Assembly (NCBI RefSeq): GCF_026571515.1
Contig: NW_026866443.1
Span: 1 to 64,000 of the forward strand
DNA: 64,000 nucleotides
Direction of reading: 5' to 3'
From: Ruditapes philippinarum
Taxonomy: Eukaryota
In this document: one piece after another, positions 1 to 14,100 of the stretch
Layout of the letters: each line of letters opens with the position of its first letter
Position numbering within the stretch: position 1 is the first letter of the stretch
Position numbers and translations under genes: made by a program
Notes under the pieces: model-generated
Databases searched by the model: none
The model's input: only the letters and a program-made list of their open reading frames with translations
What the model was told of the DNA's origin: nothing

Positions 1-1500
1 TTTTTTTTGGCCAGATTTTGATATTGTTTTCATATAAAATCGGAAATAAAAAAAAAAATTAAATTTTTAATATTTTTGACTGTGAATTATGTGAAATTGG
101 ATAGAATAACAACCTAAAATAATTATAATTAGAAATCAAGTTGGTAAACGTTCTTTATATTTTCACAAATGTTTGGATTCGTATCAAGATAATCATTATT
201 AAATACTATTTTAATGTCCCATTTTATATAAAAAAAATCTAACAGGTTTTCTTAGCCACCCTCTGCTAATGTGATGTAAAGGAACAAGTAAAAAAAAAAA
301 AAAAAAAAAAAACAGAAATCGAATTTATTAATCTTAAACACACTGAACATCTCAAATGTTGTTGTACATCTTTTAATATAAACAAAACTATTCATCAGTT
401 AAGAAAACTTCATGATAGTACATGCTGAATAGCGAATAGTTCAGTGCACGGTTTTGCTGGTGTAACATTCATTCTTACACTCCACGTGATTTTGTCACTA
501 TAGACAAAAAAGGAAAAACCAGATTAAACTGCCATTTTACATTTGAAAAAATTAACCGCTCAGGCCTACAGCTTTAGTGGTCAATTCATACGCATCAAAA
601 CTCCAAACCGGTGTTAAATAGCCGATAAACACCGCTAAGACCGAAATTATATCTTAAATTGTCAATCCCGTGTTTTGAAGAAAAAAAAATGTCCCGTAGA
701 CTGGCGCATATTCCAAAGAAATTGATGCAGAAATGAAATCCTTAGGCTATTTTTTTTCTAATCCAGCATTCTATTTGTCTTGACAATGATGTCGAAAATA
801 GCGTCAAGTTCATGTGGTATTGCTACACTGAATATGAAGCAACTTTGTTTATAATTCAGTGCCAATATTGTTGAAGCTTAAACATTCGTATCTTTCTGCA
901 TGCTGCTTTACGGCCTAAGGGAACTAAAGTTGGTTGAATATTTAATCACCTTCATTTGGGTTTAAATTAAGCTACATTTTAAAATTACTTTGGTATGCAT
1001 ATATCCATTGGGGTCAATATTGAGGCACTTTGGTAAAAGAAAAATATCACTTCCGTAGCTATTTTGTTCGAATACAAAGCAATCTTTAAGAAATGTCTTG
1101 CTTCTATCGTTTTACAATTTGTCCAGTTCGTATATCTGTGTGCATAAGGTAAATATCTAGCTTTTGGGGCTATATGGCCATAAAAGCTTTAAGGTATTGG
1201 ATGCCTAATGTAGAATCTCCTTTTTGAAGAGTATTCATTTTCACTGATGGCAAAGAGTTTTGATAGGGCGTGGGTTCAAACCCCAGAGAATGCATATTTT
1301 TCTCATTTTTTTTCTCTTTTTCTTCTTCTTTTTGTTTGGTCAGATTTTGATTTTGTTTTCATATAAAATCTGAAATAAAGAAAAAAATAAATTTTTAATA
1401 TTTTTACTGTGAATTATGTGAAATTGGATAGAGTAACAACCTAAAATAATTATAATTTGAAATCGGCATGGTAAACGTTCTTTATATTTTCACAAATGTT
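1..1500 (+). repeat. Two direct copies of a ~170-bp repeat (1-173 and ~1331-1500)
   Basis: Near-identical CAGATTTTGAT...TTTCACAAATGTT. The second copy is preceded by a B-box-like GGTTCAAACC at ~1273. Confidence 0.7.
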
Positions 1501-3838
1501 CTACAGAAAATGAAAGCATAGTCTTTGTTGTTGTTGTATCAAACTGATGCAAAGTTAACTTCAATTGTCAATATTTCAAACAAGATGGTAAACTTTTGCA
1601 TTTTTTTCTATTTTTGTCAAAGGTGATATCAAACTTAGATAAAATCATCATATAATAAGATCCTCTCGGAGTTATGACCTCTTCGGTGCCGGATGTTGTG
1701 TGTTATAGGGATATGCGTTCATTACATGCCGCCCTTGTTGATTTTGTTTTTCATATTTTTAAATTTTACTTGCATCCAACAAGCTGCTGGATTAAAAAAA
1801 GTCAAAAATTCATCAATGATTACTGTACATTTATATTATGATGTTTAAATGTTGTTTTTTTAGCAATCAGTGAAATCCTCGTAAGTTTTGTGAAAAGATC
1901 ACATTGACCTTTATTGTTAATATGGTTTTTGACCAATAATTTGACAACAAATTGGTCCTTAGCCCTAATACTTCATAGAAAATTTCGCGGCATCAAAGAC
2001 CACAATGACGTTTGATGCCAAGAGGGTTTCCGACTAAAAACTCGACAATCCACAAACCGTTTGCCCTAAACTTTTATAGGAACATTGTACATGGGTAGTT
2101 CATGACCCCTTTTGATACGTGTTCGCGGGTTAAAAGGTCGGATTATCGTGACTGTATGCCAAAACAGTTTCCATGGTAATAGGTCTGTTAATATTTCTTT
2201 TTTAAATTCATGTTTACTTAGCCACCACTTTTACTTCGAAAAAGTAGAGGTATATTGTTTTGCGGCATGATGTCCGTCTGATGTCGATCCGTTTGATTAG
2301 TTTAACCATTCTACATTGTTTCCCAACTATGGAAAACAAAATCAGCAAAAAGAGGCGGCATTCAACGGACGCATCATTAAATACAGTACAACTATTAAGA
2401 AGCCCAGCAGGACACCAAACAGGACCAGTAACATCTATGTAATTTGTCAACATCTAGTTAGTTTTAGTTACCTTAAAAGTACATAAATGTACTTTAGTCA
2501 CTATCATTGAAGTCCCTGTGATCTTCATCTATTTGCATGTTAAAGAAGGTTAATAATGGCTGAATATACTTTGATATATTCTAAATATGATGAACAGAAA
2601 ACTAGACACATATGCAACAGAAGTTGTTTACGAGACATGTCAATATGGTGACAGTTTTCAAGGTAAAATAAAGTGAAACTTAAACATCAGTATTTGTCTC
2701 CATGTTGATTTATCGGCAAATAATTACAAAATATATTTTTATGTTAGGATAATTATCTCTCATTTATATATCATTATTTTATTATTTTCAGTTCTGGTCA
2801 ATATTAAGTCACTTTGATCTATATTTTAAAGATAGTTTGGTATGCATATATCTTTTTTAGTGTATATACAACCACTTTTGTAAAAAAAAAACACCAAAAA
2901 AACCCAATCACTTTGAACTTCTCGTAGCTATTCTGCCAAATACAAAGCAAATGATATAAGTAATGACTTGGTTTCATTATTTTACAGTTAGCCCATTTTG
3001 TATTACAGAGTCCATAAAGTAAATATCTAACTTTTAAGACTATGCGGCCAAAACAAGTTTAAAACATTTAGTCCAATAATCGAGTATCACTTCGGTCAGA
3101 TTTTTTGTCATGACTGTCATGCTTGTCATCAATAAAATAGAGGAAAACTGACTCCTGAAGAACGCTTAAAATGACATTATTGAAAATGTTGCAGTCTCAT
3201 TTTATTTGAGCCTGTTTATAGATGGTACTGGTAATTGTAAGTTACCGTTCTCGCCCTCTAGTACCGGTCGAAGCAGCATTCAACATATAAGAATATCCGC
3301 AGATGTGTACATTCGGCTGTATGTACTTTGATTTGTTCTAAATATGCAAACATTTCGACGCAACAGATGTTGTTTTTGAGACACCTCAGTATGATGATAG
3401 ATTTAAAGGTAAAATAATATTAAATATCAGTTTATGTATGCATGCTACTGTTTAAATGTAAACCTGAATACTTATATTGATCTGTCTCAAATATAGGACG
3501 CAGACAACATGATAGACACTTTAAGTCAACGTTAGTTGTTGACGAGCTTCATGGCCTCTTTTTGCAAGACGATATATGTTATGCATATTTTGTACATAAA
3601 AATCTGGATGAAGTGTTTACACATTGAATAAAAGGTATAATAATAACCGGTATGTTTCAAAAGTATCTTCTATAGTTTCGAATACATGTAATATAATGTT
3701 TATATATTCAAAAATATCTAAATAATGAATTGAGGATAAAATTTATAAATGGGAAGAAAGCATTACCTTATGTAGAGGTACTTAATTGTCAAAGGCATCC
3801 ATCAAATGTTACATTTCTTGTGTGTTATCAATTGTTGT

Positions 3839-4089
3839 GTCAAGTGCTGTGTGGCAGCTGTAAAAAGTTGCCCCGTACTTCCCTTCAGTGTTGTTATATT
3901 TTTCTGGTCCTTCGGGATCATTGATGCCAGCACTATTAGGTGTTGAGAATTGAGTACCGCTCAAGCGTGAGGGATGTTGCACACATTCATTATCCCTCAT
4001 GTACAGACTCAATCAAACCGAGTCTGCAATTCTCTTGTAATTTTGTTGTGATTAATGCTTCCGAGGGATCACTTTGTTTCCAGATTTTT
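3839..4089 (+). repeat. Dispersed repeat (also 13843-14109; degenerate tandem copies at 60776-61270)
   Basis: Near-identical to 13843-14109. Absent from the paralogous sites at ~18385 and ~33085, so it is an insertion. Confidence 0.85.
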
Positions 4090-5517
4090 ATGAAAGCCAC
4101 TTTTTATTTGGGAATACTCTTACCAGAATATGACATTTGCAGTAGTGTCTTTAGTTAAACACTTCAGGTAATTCAAATGACCTTTCACTAACTGGCAATG
4201 TTATATGAGACAAGCATACTGCTTAAGCCATCAAAGAAAAATAATAATTAAAAGTCTATAAGGAAAGATCATGTAGATGACTGATAGCATTGTGTGCAAA
4301 AGTCATAATGACCAGGACAGGAAAACAAGTTTCATTTATTACATTTTGTTCATTATAACATTATGTGTAATACTTTGAGTCAAAATAGAGCTAGACGCAA
4401 ATAGGTTTTCATTATTTCAATACAAAATAAAAAACTTTTGTATCATAAACTAATATAATTCTTCAGCTACAGCAAAAGAACAAAACAGTTTTGTGTTATC
4501 ATCTCCAAACAATATAGAAATTCAGTTCGATAATGCGTTGAATAAAGATAGATATATCAGTAAAGTAAGTAAATCGTATTTAATTTTTTTATCGAGAAAT
4601 GTAATTGTCTTATAATTGGTTCACAATGTACGCTGTCCAAGATCAAGACTTGTTGATTTGATATTAATTTTTTATAACCCAGATGTCATACAAACCTTTC
4701 TATTAGAAATTAGAAGTAATTCATTATAATAATAGTATCATCAAATAGTATCAATGTATTCAAAATAAAAGAAATTGTCATTAAGGGACTATAAGACATA
4801 AATAACATTAATCAAATGTTGAATAAAACATGGTGTGAATTAACTATTATTAAGATATGTTTATTTTCTGAGGTATGGAGAGTTAAAATGTACTAAGTAT
4901 AAGGTTCAATCAATCAAACCCCTTCATATACCCAACCCCCAATAAAAATATATATTTATATATATAGAGAGACATAGAAACCCATCCCACACCCACCCAC
5001 CCCCCCCCCCAAAAAAAAAAAAAAAAAACAAGAAAAGAAAAAAAACATAGACACACATACAAAACAGTAACAACACTAATTGACTTATGAATACCATAAG
5101 ACATATGTTCATGATCAAATTTCGTGACCTTGACAAAATAAATAAATAATAATCACAATAAAAATACATTTGTAATACATGTTAAGTTCAGAAAACAATA
5201 CAGAAATTTATCTTATAAACATTTAATACGCTAAATATCTTAAATGAACATGTCCATCTTGCAGTCTGGACAAAATTATTTACCATGTAATAAACATTTT
5301 TTAAACTGACTAAATATCGGACAATATAGACCTTGGTCATATGTAACATATTATTGTCGGTGTATTGTTTTTCATTATTTACCAGAGCAACCTTGTTGTC
5401 TTTAAATTGGTTTATAATATTATCATAAAGTGTGTCATATGCTAAAACGAGACATCTTGTTTTGATATTATATTTACTATCATTCAGATGTCACTCAAAT
5501 TTAATTTCAGAAATAGG

Positions 5518-5550
5518 TATAAAAACAGCTTTTTTCAAGATATATTTATT
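5518..5550 (+). promoter_or_regulatory. Core promoter of copy 1 (TATA + Inr-like)
   Basis: TATAAAA at 5518; A of TTATT at 5548, exactly 30 nt downstream; same spacing in all three copies. Confidence 0.6.
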
Positions 5551-5582
5551 ACAGAAGAGTTGTCTTCTAAATAACTACAACT

Positions 5583-6551
5583 ATGGGCTACAAACTTGTA
5601 TGTGTAATTCTCGGAATATGCTTCATAGCATCTGTATTCAAGTTGGAAGCGGGTGAGTTGTTTATTTGGTACTTATTATAACAAACATCATGTTTAAATC
5701 AAAACAATTTTCATAAATAATGTCATTTAATCATTGGTTTAATGTTTTTATTATTTTTTATTCATTAAACGATCTAAAGATGCTTGAAAATTAATACTTT
5801 ATTTCAAATGTTAATCCAAGGGATTGTAGCCTTGCAATTCATATTCTTACAAAAATACCAAAACATTTAAAAACCTCTTGCGGTCTTATATACCAGCAGC
5901 TTGATATTAAAACATTTGCACTTTGGCTTCAAATTAGGGGGAAATGAAATTCTTTAATTTATTAATAATATTATAAAGAGTGCATAAAATTTCGGGTGCC
6001 GAAATACAGATTTTAAGGGCTTTGAAGTCGACTTAAGTATTTATATCATTTTGTTATCTAACAAACTTCTTAATCATCATGCATGCAATTGTGTATCTGT
6101 AAATACAACATCTTCATTAAATACTAACAAAAGCGAATTTGCAAATTTTCAAGACTATATATTAAGGCTTTGTAGTTATATATTTATAACTCTTTTACAT
6201 ACAAAATAATTTCCTTTTCTCAAAAGTTATTTAGTTATTTTTTATCCATGAACGTTCGAAATTCTCTCCCCCCACCCCTTTTTCCCTTTCTCAACAGGGG
6301 TGTTGCTGAAAATAAATGTTAACCAATAAGTTTATTAACTGCTGTATATCTAAGTAACATATCTCTCATTAACTCAAATATTATGGCCATTGTTGATAAT
6401 CAACACTGAAAGTTTTGTATTCTTAGCCGCCGAAAAAAAGAAAGCCAACTTCCAAGAACCTGCCTTAGCCCCAGAGACATTTGCTCCCGAGGAATTTGCC
6501 GAGGAAGAGCGATTACAAAAAGAGAAAGATGCTAAACGACTGAGAAAATAA
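5583..6551 (+). CDS. Small secreted peptide precursor, copy 1 (64 aa; coding exons 5583-5652 and 6427-6551; non-coding exon from 6865)
   Basis: Exon 1 reads MGYKLVCVILGICFIASVFKLEA+G then GTGAGT donor (phase 1). Acceptor TTCTTAG at 6426. Exon 2 reads AAEKKKANFQEPALAPETFAPEEFAEEERLQKEKDAKRLRK*. Donor GTAATC at 6556, pyrimidine-rich acceptor at 6864, AATAAA at 6964. The same structure occurs in two paralogs. Confidence 0.8.
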
Positions 6552-7149
6552 CAAAGTAATCATTTGTCGAGTGCTTGTATTAGAATATTTTTATTCTGTT
6601 TATCCATGAACGTTTATAAAAATCCAGAATAGTAGAATAATGTCTAATGGTGTTTGTCCGTTAAGGAAAATGGTTCTTATTGAAATATGTAAACTTTTCT
6701 GTTTCGTTTCTGAAATAAAAGGAAATATTGCTAAGATTCAGTTGGTTGTATAATTCGTACACTACATTAATGTTTTTTTTTATATCCAATTGCTTTGATT
6801 AATGTCTAATTTCAGTTTTTTCAATTTCATTTCATAAATTACTTTTAATTCTTTTCCTTTTCAGACAGACGAAGCGCATGAAAATGAAGTGGAAAGCATA
6901 TTGAAAATTAGAAATGTACAACAATTTTGCTTGAAGTAATGAATAATATCATATGCCGAGTTTAATAAACCATTATCTGCAAATATTATGTCTTATTCTT
7001 ATTTGATTTTAAACACATTTATCTGTTTAATGTTAAATGAATCAAACATACTTTTATCAATGTTCACATCTGCTGCCAATACAGTTATAGCTAAATCACA
7101 ATTAAACATTACCAAACATCTTGTTTGAATCATATGATAAAACAGACTA

Positions 7150-7281
7150 TGGTTCTACTCAGGTGCCTGTTCGTGCCTGAAATAATGCACGGAAGGGCAC
7201 CTGAGGTCTTCCTCCACCAGTAAAGCTGGAACGTCGCCGAATGACCTATTCTGTGTCGGTGTGACTTAAAACAAAAAAAAA
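7150..7281 (+). mobile_element. 3' part of a tRNA-derived SINE
   Basis: CTACTCAGGTGCC...GGTCTTCCTCCACCAGTAAAGCTG matches the reverse complement of 35094-35170; ends in an A-rich tail. Confidence 0.85.
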
Positions 7282-9249
7282 ACCACAAATAAAACAGACT
7301 AATTCAAATGGTAAAAAGCCAGACAAGCAGGTATATTAATGGTATGTTACCAGGTTCTTCACGGTTGTTGTTGTGTTAAAATATTAGTTTACAAACCATA
7401 TGCTTGGCATATTGTCGTCTGCTAAAAATGTTTTAATTTCATAAAAACGTTCCCTCCAATAAAAGAGATTCCCGCCGCCCTTATGTTCACTCCCGGTTAT
7501 TGTTTTTCTTGTCTTCTGGGTGCCCTGCTGTGGTAGCTCGGGTGTATCGGGGGCTGCGTCCTGTGAACGTTGCCGTTGCCATGTTGAACTTTTATATCGT
7601 GTTTTTTTAACTAGCTTAGTACCTGACAAGATGCTGTGGTGCCCGGCTTCCTTTCTGGTAGCAAGTTTCATGGAAAGGCTTTCTGCTGGGAAGGAATTAG
7701 AAATTTGATCCCGAAGACCCGCATAACACTAATGGGCTGTTCCAGTAGATACACACAAAATGAAATCTATATGACGGGCACTTTTTTATCCTGTGTATCA
7801 ATTCTGTTGCTATTATACAATAGCTTTTAGTAGAAAAGTGAGCAATCTGTCGTTATGTCTTTGTTTCATTGTCTTTAACTTTCAAGGTGTAATTCTCACT
7901 TTCAATTTTCAAAAACAATACTTTTACCCATACTTTATCTTTATTTTTCGTGTAAATTTAAAGATAAAATATGCTCATCTTTGGATAATTTTTTTTTCAG
8001 AAATATATTAAAATCTAAACATAACCGCCAGTATTTATGACACAATATTGTGTGTAGGATTTAAAGCAAAAAATATCTACTTTGAGTTAAGCCAAAACTT
8101 GTTTATTTTATATTTACATAATGACTGTGTAGCAACTGTCAATATTTTCAAATATTATCTTTGAGCTTAGTATATCATTAAACACCAATTGTTAAAAAAT
8201 ATTAATAAAAAATAATACCAAACACAAATTTTTTTTCTTCCTATAAAACATTAAAACAAAAAAAGGGGTTTTTGTTCTTTGCTTTTTGATTTTTGGGATG
8301 TCTCCCAAAATTCCCAAAGTGGATTTCCCGATCGATGTAATACTTTTTAAATTCGGCACGGAAAAAGACTGATCGGGGAAAAAAACCCCAGTCCCTGTAA
8401 AATCAATTTTCCCAAAAACCGGAAAATAAAACAATTATATTTTAAAGACAAATATTTAAACAAATTTATGTCGTTTTTACTTTTTAATTAAATAATGCCC
8501 TTTGTAATTTTTATGGCAATATTAAAAATAATTTGGTATGTCATATTTTAAAAAGCTATTTTTTAAAAATTAACACGTCCCATTTCTTTTAACTAAAGGG
8601 CTGGTTTTAGCCGCCCCGGCTTTTCGTACTATATATTTATTTTCTTATCGGGACAATAAATAATTAATTAAATTATTGATTTTATTTGGCATTTTTTTTA
8701 TAATATTATTGGCTTAAGGTTTTCATCTGTACTTATAATGTTAGAGTCATGTAACACATGCAAAATGGCATTTGTCAATAAAGCATGCATGTCACTACCT
8801 TTGTATATGTATATTGAAGTGACATAAGTTGTTATCGAGGCTTTCAATATGTTGCTGGTTTTCCTAGAAGTAACAAAAATAATATTCGAACATATGTTGA
8901 CATACATATAATAATACATAAAACATATAATAATAAATGAGTGTACTGCTTTGAAACGTTTAACTCAACAGCAATGTTAATAAAAACAAATATCAAGCTA
9001 TAGATTCACACATAAATTTACAAATTGCGCTTTCAATCTTAATCAATACAATAGAACATTTGAAGTCACAACCTCTTCTTTTAACTTCTTAACTCAATTT
9101 TCACGATATCACGATATTTTATACGTAAAGTAACTGATTTGGTTCCTTCAAAATACTAAAAAATATTGTACAATGTAATATCCCTAAATTTCTGTAGTAT
9201 CACTAGTATAATCTACCCGGCATTTCAGTTAAAAAATCCTCCAGATACA

Positions 9250-9560
9250 CAATAAATATATCATAATGGTGTCCTAACCCTACATTGAAGTTCCATATTG
9301 ATTCTTTCGCTACATGCATTCCAATAGCCTCCGGCAATTACATGTAAATTCTGACTTATTCAAGTTGAAGTACTTCTTCTTTCCATACACCACCAATATT
9401 GAGGATCAAACTTCCAGAGCAAGTCGTTAACCTGCCTGCTATTGAATCCTTCAAACAGTTTCTGTGCTTCCTAAGCTCCAATCAGTTTTTTTACCGTGTA
9501 CAGCACAATTGTTCTACACTCTCGAGATCTTTTATCATGTTACTCCCTTTCACTTGTGGT
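9250..9560 (+). mobile_element. Degenerate 3' end of a CR1/L2-type LINE
   Basis: Reads YFFFPYTT..LPEQVVNLPAIESFK (with a frameshift), resembling the SFFPRT..WN.LP..VV....F-K C-terminus of CR1-group ORF2. Confidence 0.5.
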
Positions 9561-11185
9561 ATTGCTTATTAAAACTAATTGAGTTTTCACAACCATTACT
9601 GTGAAAGAGCAATAATTAAAGAGCAAATAAATAAATACAGACACAAATTTTACGATTTTCAAAATAACTTATAGCGCAGCGAGTAAAAATCATTTTTGCA
9701 TGCTTTATTGAATATACCTTGTATATAGCAAATAAAAATGTTTTTCATGGTTAACATGATTATAAATAGAGAACATAAAGCATGTTGCTTGGCATTTGCA
9801 AAAAATATTTTTTAAAAAAAAGCTTTAAACTGAATTTACTTGAAACTGGTGCCACAATTGACAAATGAAGCAAACGGTAAAATGTACGCCAAAAAATGAT
9901 AACAATATAAAATATGTTAAGAGGATTTTTAAGTTTTCAGTACTCCAAGTTGATGGAAACCTTACTTTTTAATCATGCCATAGATCAGAAAATGCAAAAA
10001 ACAACGAAATAGTAACTAAGTTAGGTTTTACACAGACTATTTCCAAGGTTTTACAAGTGTTTGATCAACTGGCTCATATTCTAAAGAAGATCCACCATTC
10101 TGTGAAAAATTATATTTCCCCCCGTAGACTGGCACATATCCCAAAGAAATTGATGCAGAAATAAAGCACTAGCATTTAGACACATTTGTCATGATAAAGT
10201 TACTTATAGCCCATGTTATCAACTTATAGCTTTACATTTTATGACCTCCCTTATCAATAGCTATGTAATTTAATAAACATTTTAGATTACTAAGAAATAC
10301 TTTAGTAACTATTAAGTCACTTTACATCTGTTTGCAAATACAAAACGTTTGATATTGACAAAGTCGTATTTAAGATATTACGTGCTTGTTGGACCACTTG
10401 TTGGAGACAAAAAAAAACAGAAGTTGTATATGAAGGCCGCGATATTGTGACAGTTTTTTCTAAGTGAAATAAGGTGAACATTAAACATCAGTATCTATCT
10501 GCATGTTCATATATTGATCTCAAACACATATTTGATCTAGATGTTAGGACAAGTATATCATACACATACATTTCTCTTTAACCATTTTAATCTATTATTT
10601 ACTTTGGTATCTAGTCTAGAAAAAATAATTTGGTACACACTTATCATCTCTGATCACTTTGTCAACGCCTATATATTTTGTCATTATGTTGCCGTTTAGT
10701 AGACATAAAATACATGTACTTTAATCAACCTAGATGAAGCCACTATGATCTTCATCTATTAGCAAGTTCGAGAAGGTAAATATTGACAAGGCTGTGTGTA
10801 CTTTGATATACATGTATTCTTAAAAGGGCACAAAAGACAAATAAAAGGACACTATCATGCAACAGAAGTTGTTTACGCGACATGTCAAAATGGTGACAAT
10901 TTTTAAGGTAAAATAAGATGAACCTTAACCATCAGTATCTTTCTGCATGTTGATTTACGACCTAAACGAACTAAATTTAGTTGAATATTTAATCAATTTC
11001 CAATTTCAGTTGGGGTTTAAATTAAGGTACTTTGATATACATATTAAGATTACTTTGGTATGCATATATTTTTTCTGTCAATATAAAGCCATTTAGGTAA
11101 GAGAAAATAATCACTTTAAACTTCCCGTAGCTATTTTGTTCGAAGACAAAGGATCGTTAAGACATGTCTTGGCTAAACGAACTAA

Positions 11186-14100
11186 AGGGCTTGGTACGGT
11201 TTGGGTCAATTTTGGCCCATCGGCAAAAAATATTCAAAATTTGATATATCAAAATTTAACTATATTTAAAACAAATGCAGCAAGATTGAGTCAGATATCT
11301 GTTTAGACAAAAAAGTTATAATAAATCAAAACAACCTATTAAGAAAATAAAAATACTACAGTTTGACGTCATCAACGTCACGTATTATTTTGAGCGCATC
11401 GCTTCGAGTAATTAAAAATATAATGACGCATATGTATTTTCTGATTTTTTTATCGTGTAATGCAAAAGAGTTGGTGATACATTTGATGTACATTTCTACC
11501 GTTCAATTACGATACGCAGACATAAATAATTAGTCACTGTGAAGTACATTAAAACAGACGAAAAGGAAGACATATACAACAGCCTTTATTTATATAATTT
11601 ACTTACCCTATTTATGAAGTGTAGGGCCTATTCAGTTACTGCTATTTTATAAAATACACAATTACTTTAACAAGTTCATAGCTAAATTTTCGGCACTGAA
11701 CCTTCTTCAGTTTTAAAAGGGCTAACCACCGAAATCTATGTACGAAAACCACCGAAATCTATGTACGAAAAAGGCACATATTCGTAATATTACCGCTATG
11801 ACAATATTTTTTTATTCAGTGGTTTTATGTTATAACCTATTTAGTAAAGTTCAGAACTTATATGTATGCACATGTTTGACTATCATTATCATTATTACAT
11901 CATCATTATTATTATTTTTATGATATTGATCTTTCACATAATCTGTAAGATGTATGCCTCGGTTACTTGACCTACCGGAATTGCCCGAATTACCGGAATC
12001 CGCGGGGACTTTACTAGAATCGACCTGTAATTTTGTTATTAATGAATTTTTAAAGAATAATTTGGCTTTTTTATAAGATATAAACATTATAAATGATATG
12101 TCAAAAGATTTTGTGATTAAAAAATAGATCTAAGATCGGAGAGTTACTGCCATACTGCCGGATTCGTCGAGGGACTGTGATTTGGTTATTTATGCATTTT
12201 AATAATATTTGTTTTGCCAGGTTTTTATAAAACTTAAACGTTATAATTGGTCTCCAAAGAAAAAGTGAAAAAAATATCGCTTTTAATTAACATTAACAGT
12301 GAAAATATTTAAAATCGGCGGAAACGGATAAACTGCCGGAATCGGCGAATCATTACCAAAATCGGCCTGTAGTTTGCTTATTTATGAATTTTTAACCAAT
12401 TTTCTTGCATCTTAAATTAAATAGAAAACGATATCAATGATATGTAAAACGATTTTTGTAAATAAAATCACTATTGATTAATAAAACAAGATATTTTAAT
12501 ATCAGCAGGTTACTGCCATACTGTCGGAAGGTTTACCGGAATCAGCCTAAAATTTGGTCTTTTTTGCACTTTTTAACGTTTGTTTTGCTTTTTTATTAAA
12601 TATAAACATTATCTATCATATTCAAAATAAGAATTTTGCAATTCACTTTTGATAAATAAAACAATCGAGTTACTGTCATACTGCCGAAAAAGTCGAATGA
12701 TTAACCTATTTTGAATTCCTGCCAAAACGTCATTACATTCACAGACGCTTGGGGGTCAGATCCTGCCCCCCCCCCCCAACGTGATACGTCCCTGTAAACA
12801 CTCTACCAAAACTATTTTAATATTTAAACACGAATGGGACATCTGCTACAACGATACAATTGGTTTTCAAACATTTTTTACATATCTGAAAAAATTACCT
12901 TTTAACCATCAAGTATACTTTATTGAGACTTGATGGTATACGGAATTTTTTCATATATGTAAAAAATGTTTGAAAACCATTTGTATCGTTGTATTAGATG
13001 TCCATTCGTGTTTAAATATTAAAATAGTTTTTGGTAGAGTGTTTACAGGGGCGTATCACGTTGGGGGGCAGGATCTGACCCCAAGCGTCTGTGATTACAT
13101 TAAAAAGGGAGATCACTTGGAAAACCACGTTCGTTGATTAATTAATGTCTATGTACTCGGTATATAGATTTTGTCATGTCTTTAATATTCCACGGGATGC
13201 AATACAGCTTGAATTAATTTTATACGAAACAAATAATTTTGAATTTTCCAAAACTTGAATACTGGATAGTTTCGTGTTTCATATGATATTTGTCGGCGAT
13301 CACCGCGGAGAACCTACTTTTAATATTTTAAGATGACGTTTAAAAACATAATTGAATTAATGAAATGAAATATTAAATAAAAAATAATACGTAGGAAAAG
13401 AAGGAAAACACATGTACACACACAAAAAGTCGGCATTGTTTAGTCGAAGTTTTTTGGGTTTTTTTTAGTATCTTTCAAAAACAGATCATCATTATAATAC
13501 GATGATGCAGATGCTAAAATGTTTATATTCTGTTAAAAAACTAAAATACAAACAGAACATGTAACTAGATTTAGTAAAAGATTTTTTTCTGTTACGGATT
13601 TCTTTCTCTTGCAGGGTATATATGCACGATTAATTTAAACTACCGTAGTCATTAAAACTAGTAGTTTGTTTTCATATAAAAATATTTTCAACTTGCTTAC
13701 ATGTAGAATACTGTTTTAATTGAAAAAAGAATAGGAAAAGGCAGTGATCAATCAACATAAACTTTCTTCCGGATAATTTACACTAGTATTTATCTTTCCT
13801 GTAAATGGATAATACCACATATTCCATTGTCAGACTTTGAAGGTGTCAAGTGCTGTGTGGCAGCTGTAAAAAAGTTGCCCCGTACTTCACTTCAGTGTTG
13901 TTATAATTTTCTGGTCCTTCGGGATCATTGTTGCCAGCACTATTAAGTGTTGAGAATTGAGTACCGCTCAAGCCGGTGCTAGGGGGCGTGAGGGATGTTG
14001 CACCTATTCATTATCCTCATGTACAGACTCAATCAAACCGAGTCTGCAATTCTTATGTAATTTTGTTGTGATTAATGCTTCCGAGGGGTCACTTTGTCTC

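Noticed and set aside
785-868. C/D snoRNA (ATGATG...CTGA) or pre-miRNA hairpin (CACTGAAT...ATTCAGTG), repeated at ~16622 and ~31331
   Set aside because: Box spacing of ~45 nt is too short, the C box is imperfect, and inner pairing is not kept in the paralogs.
5551-5555. TTTATTACAG as a splice acceptor implying an upstream exon
   Set aside because: A TATA box at exactly -30 from an Inr-like A in all three copies explains it better as the transcription start; not fully excluded.
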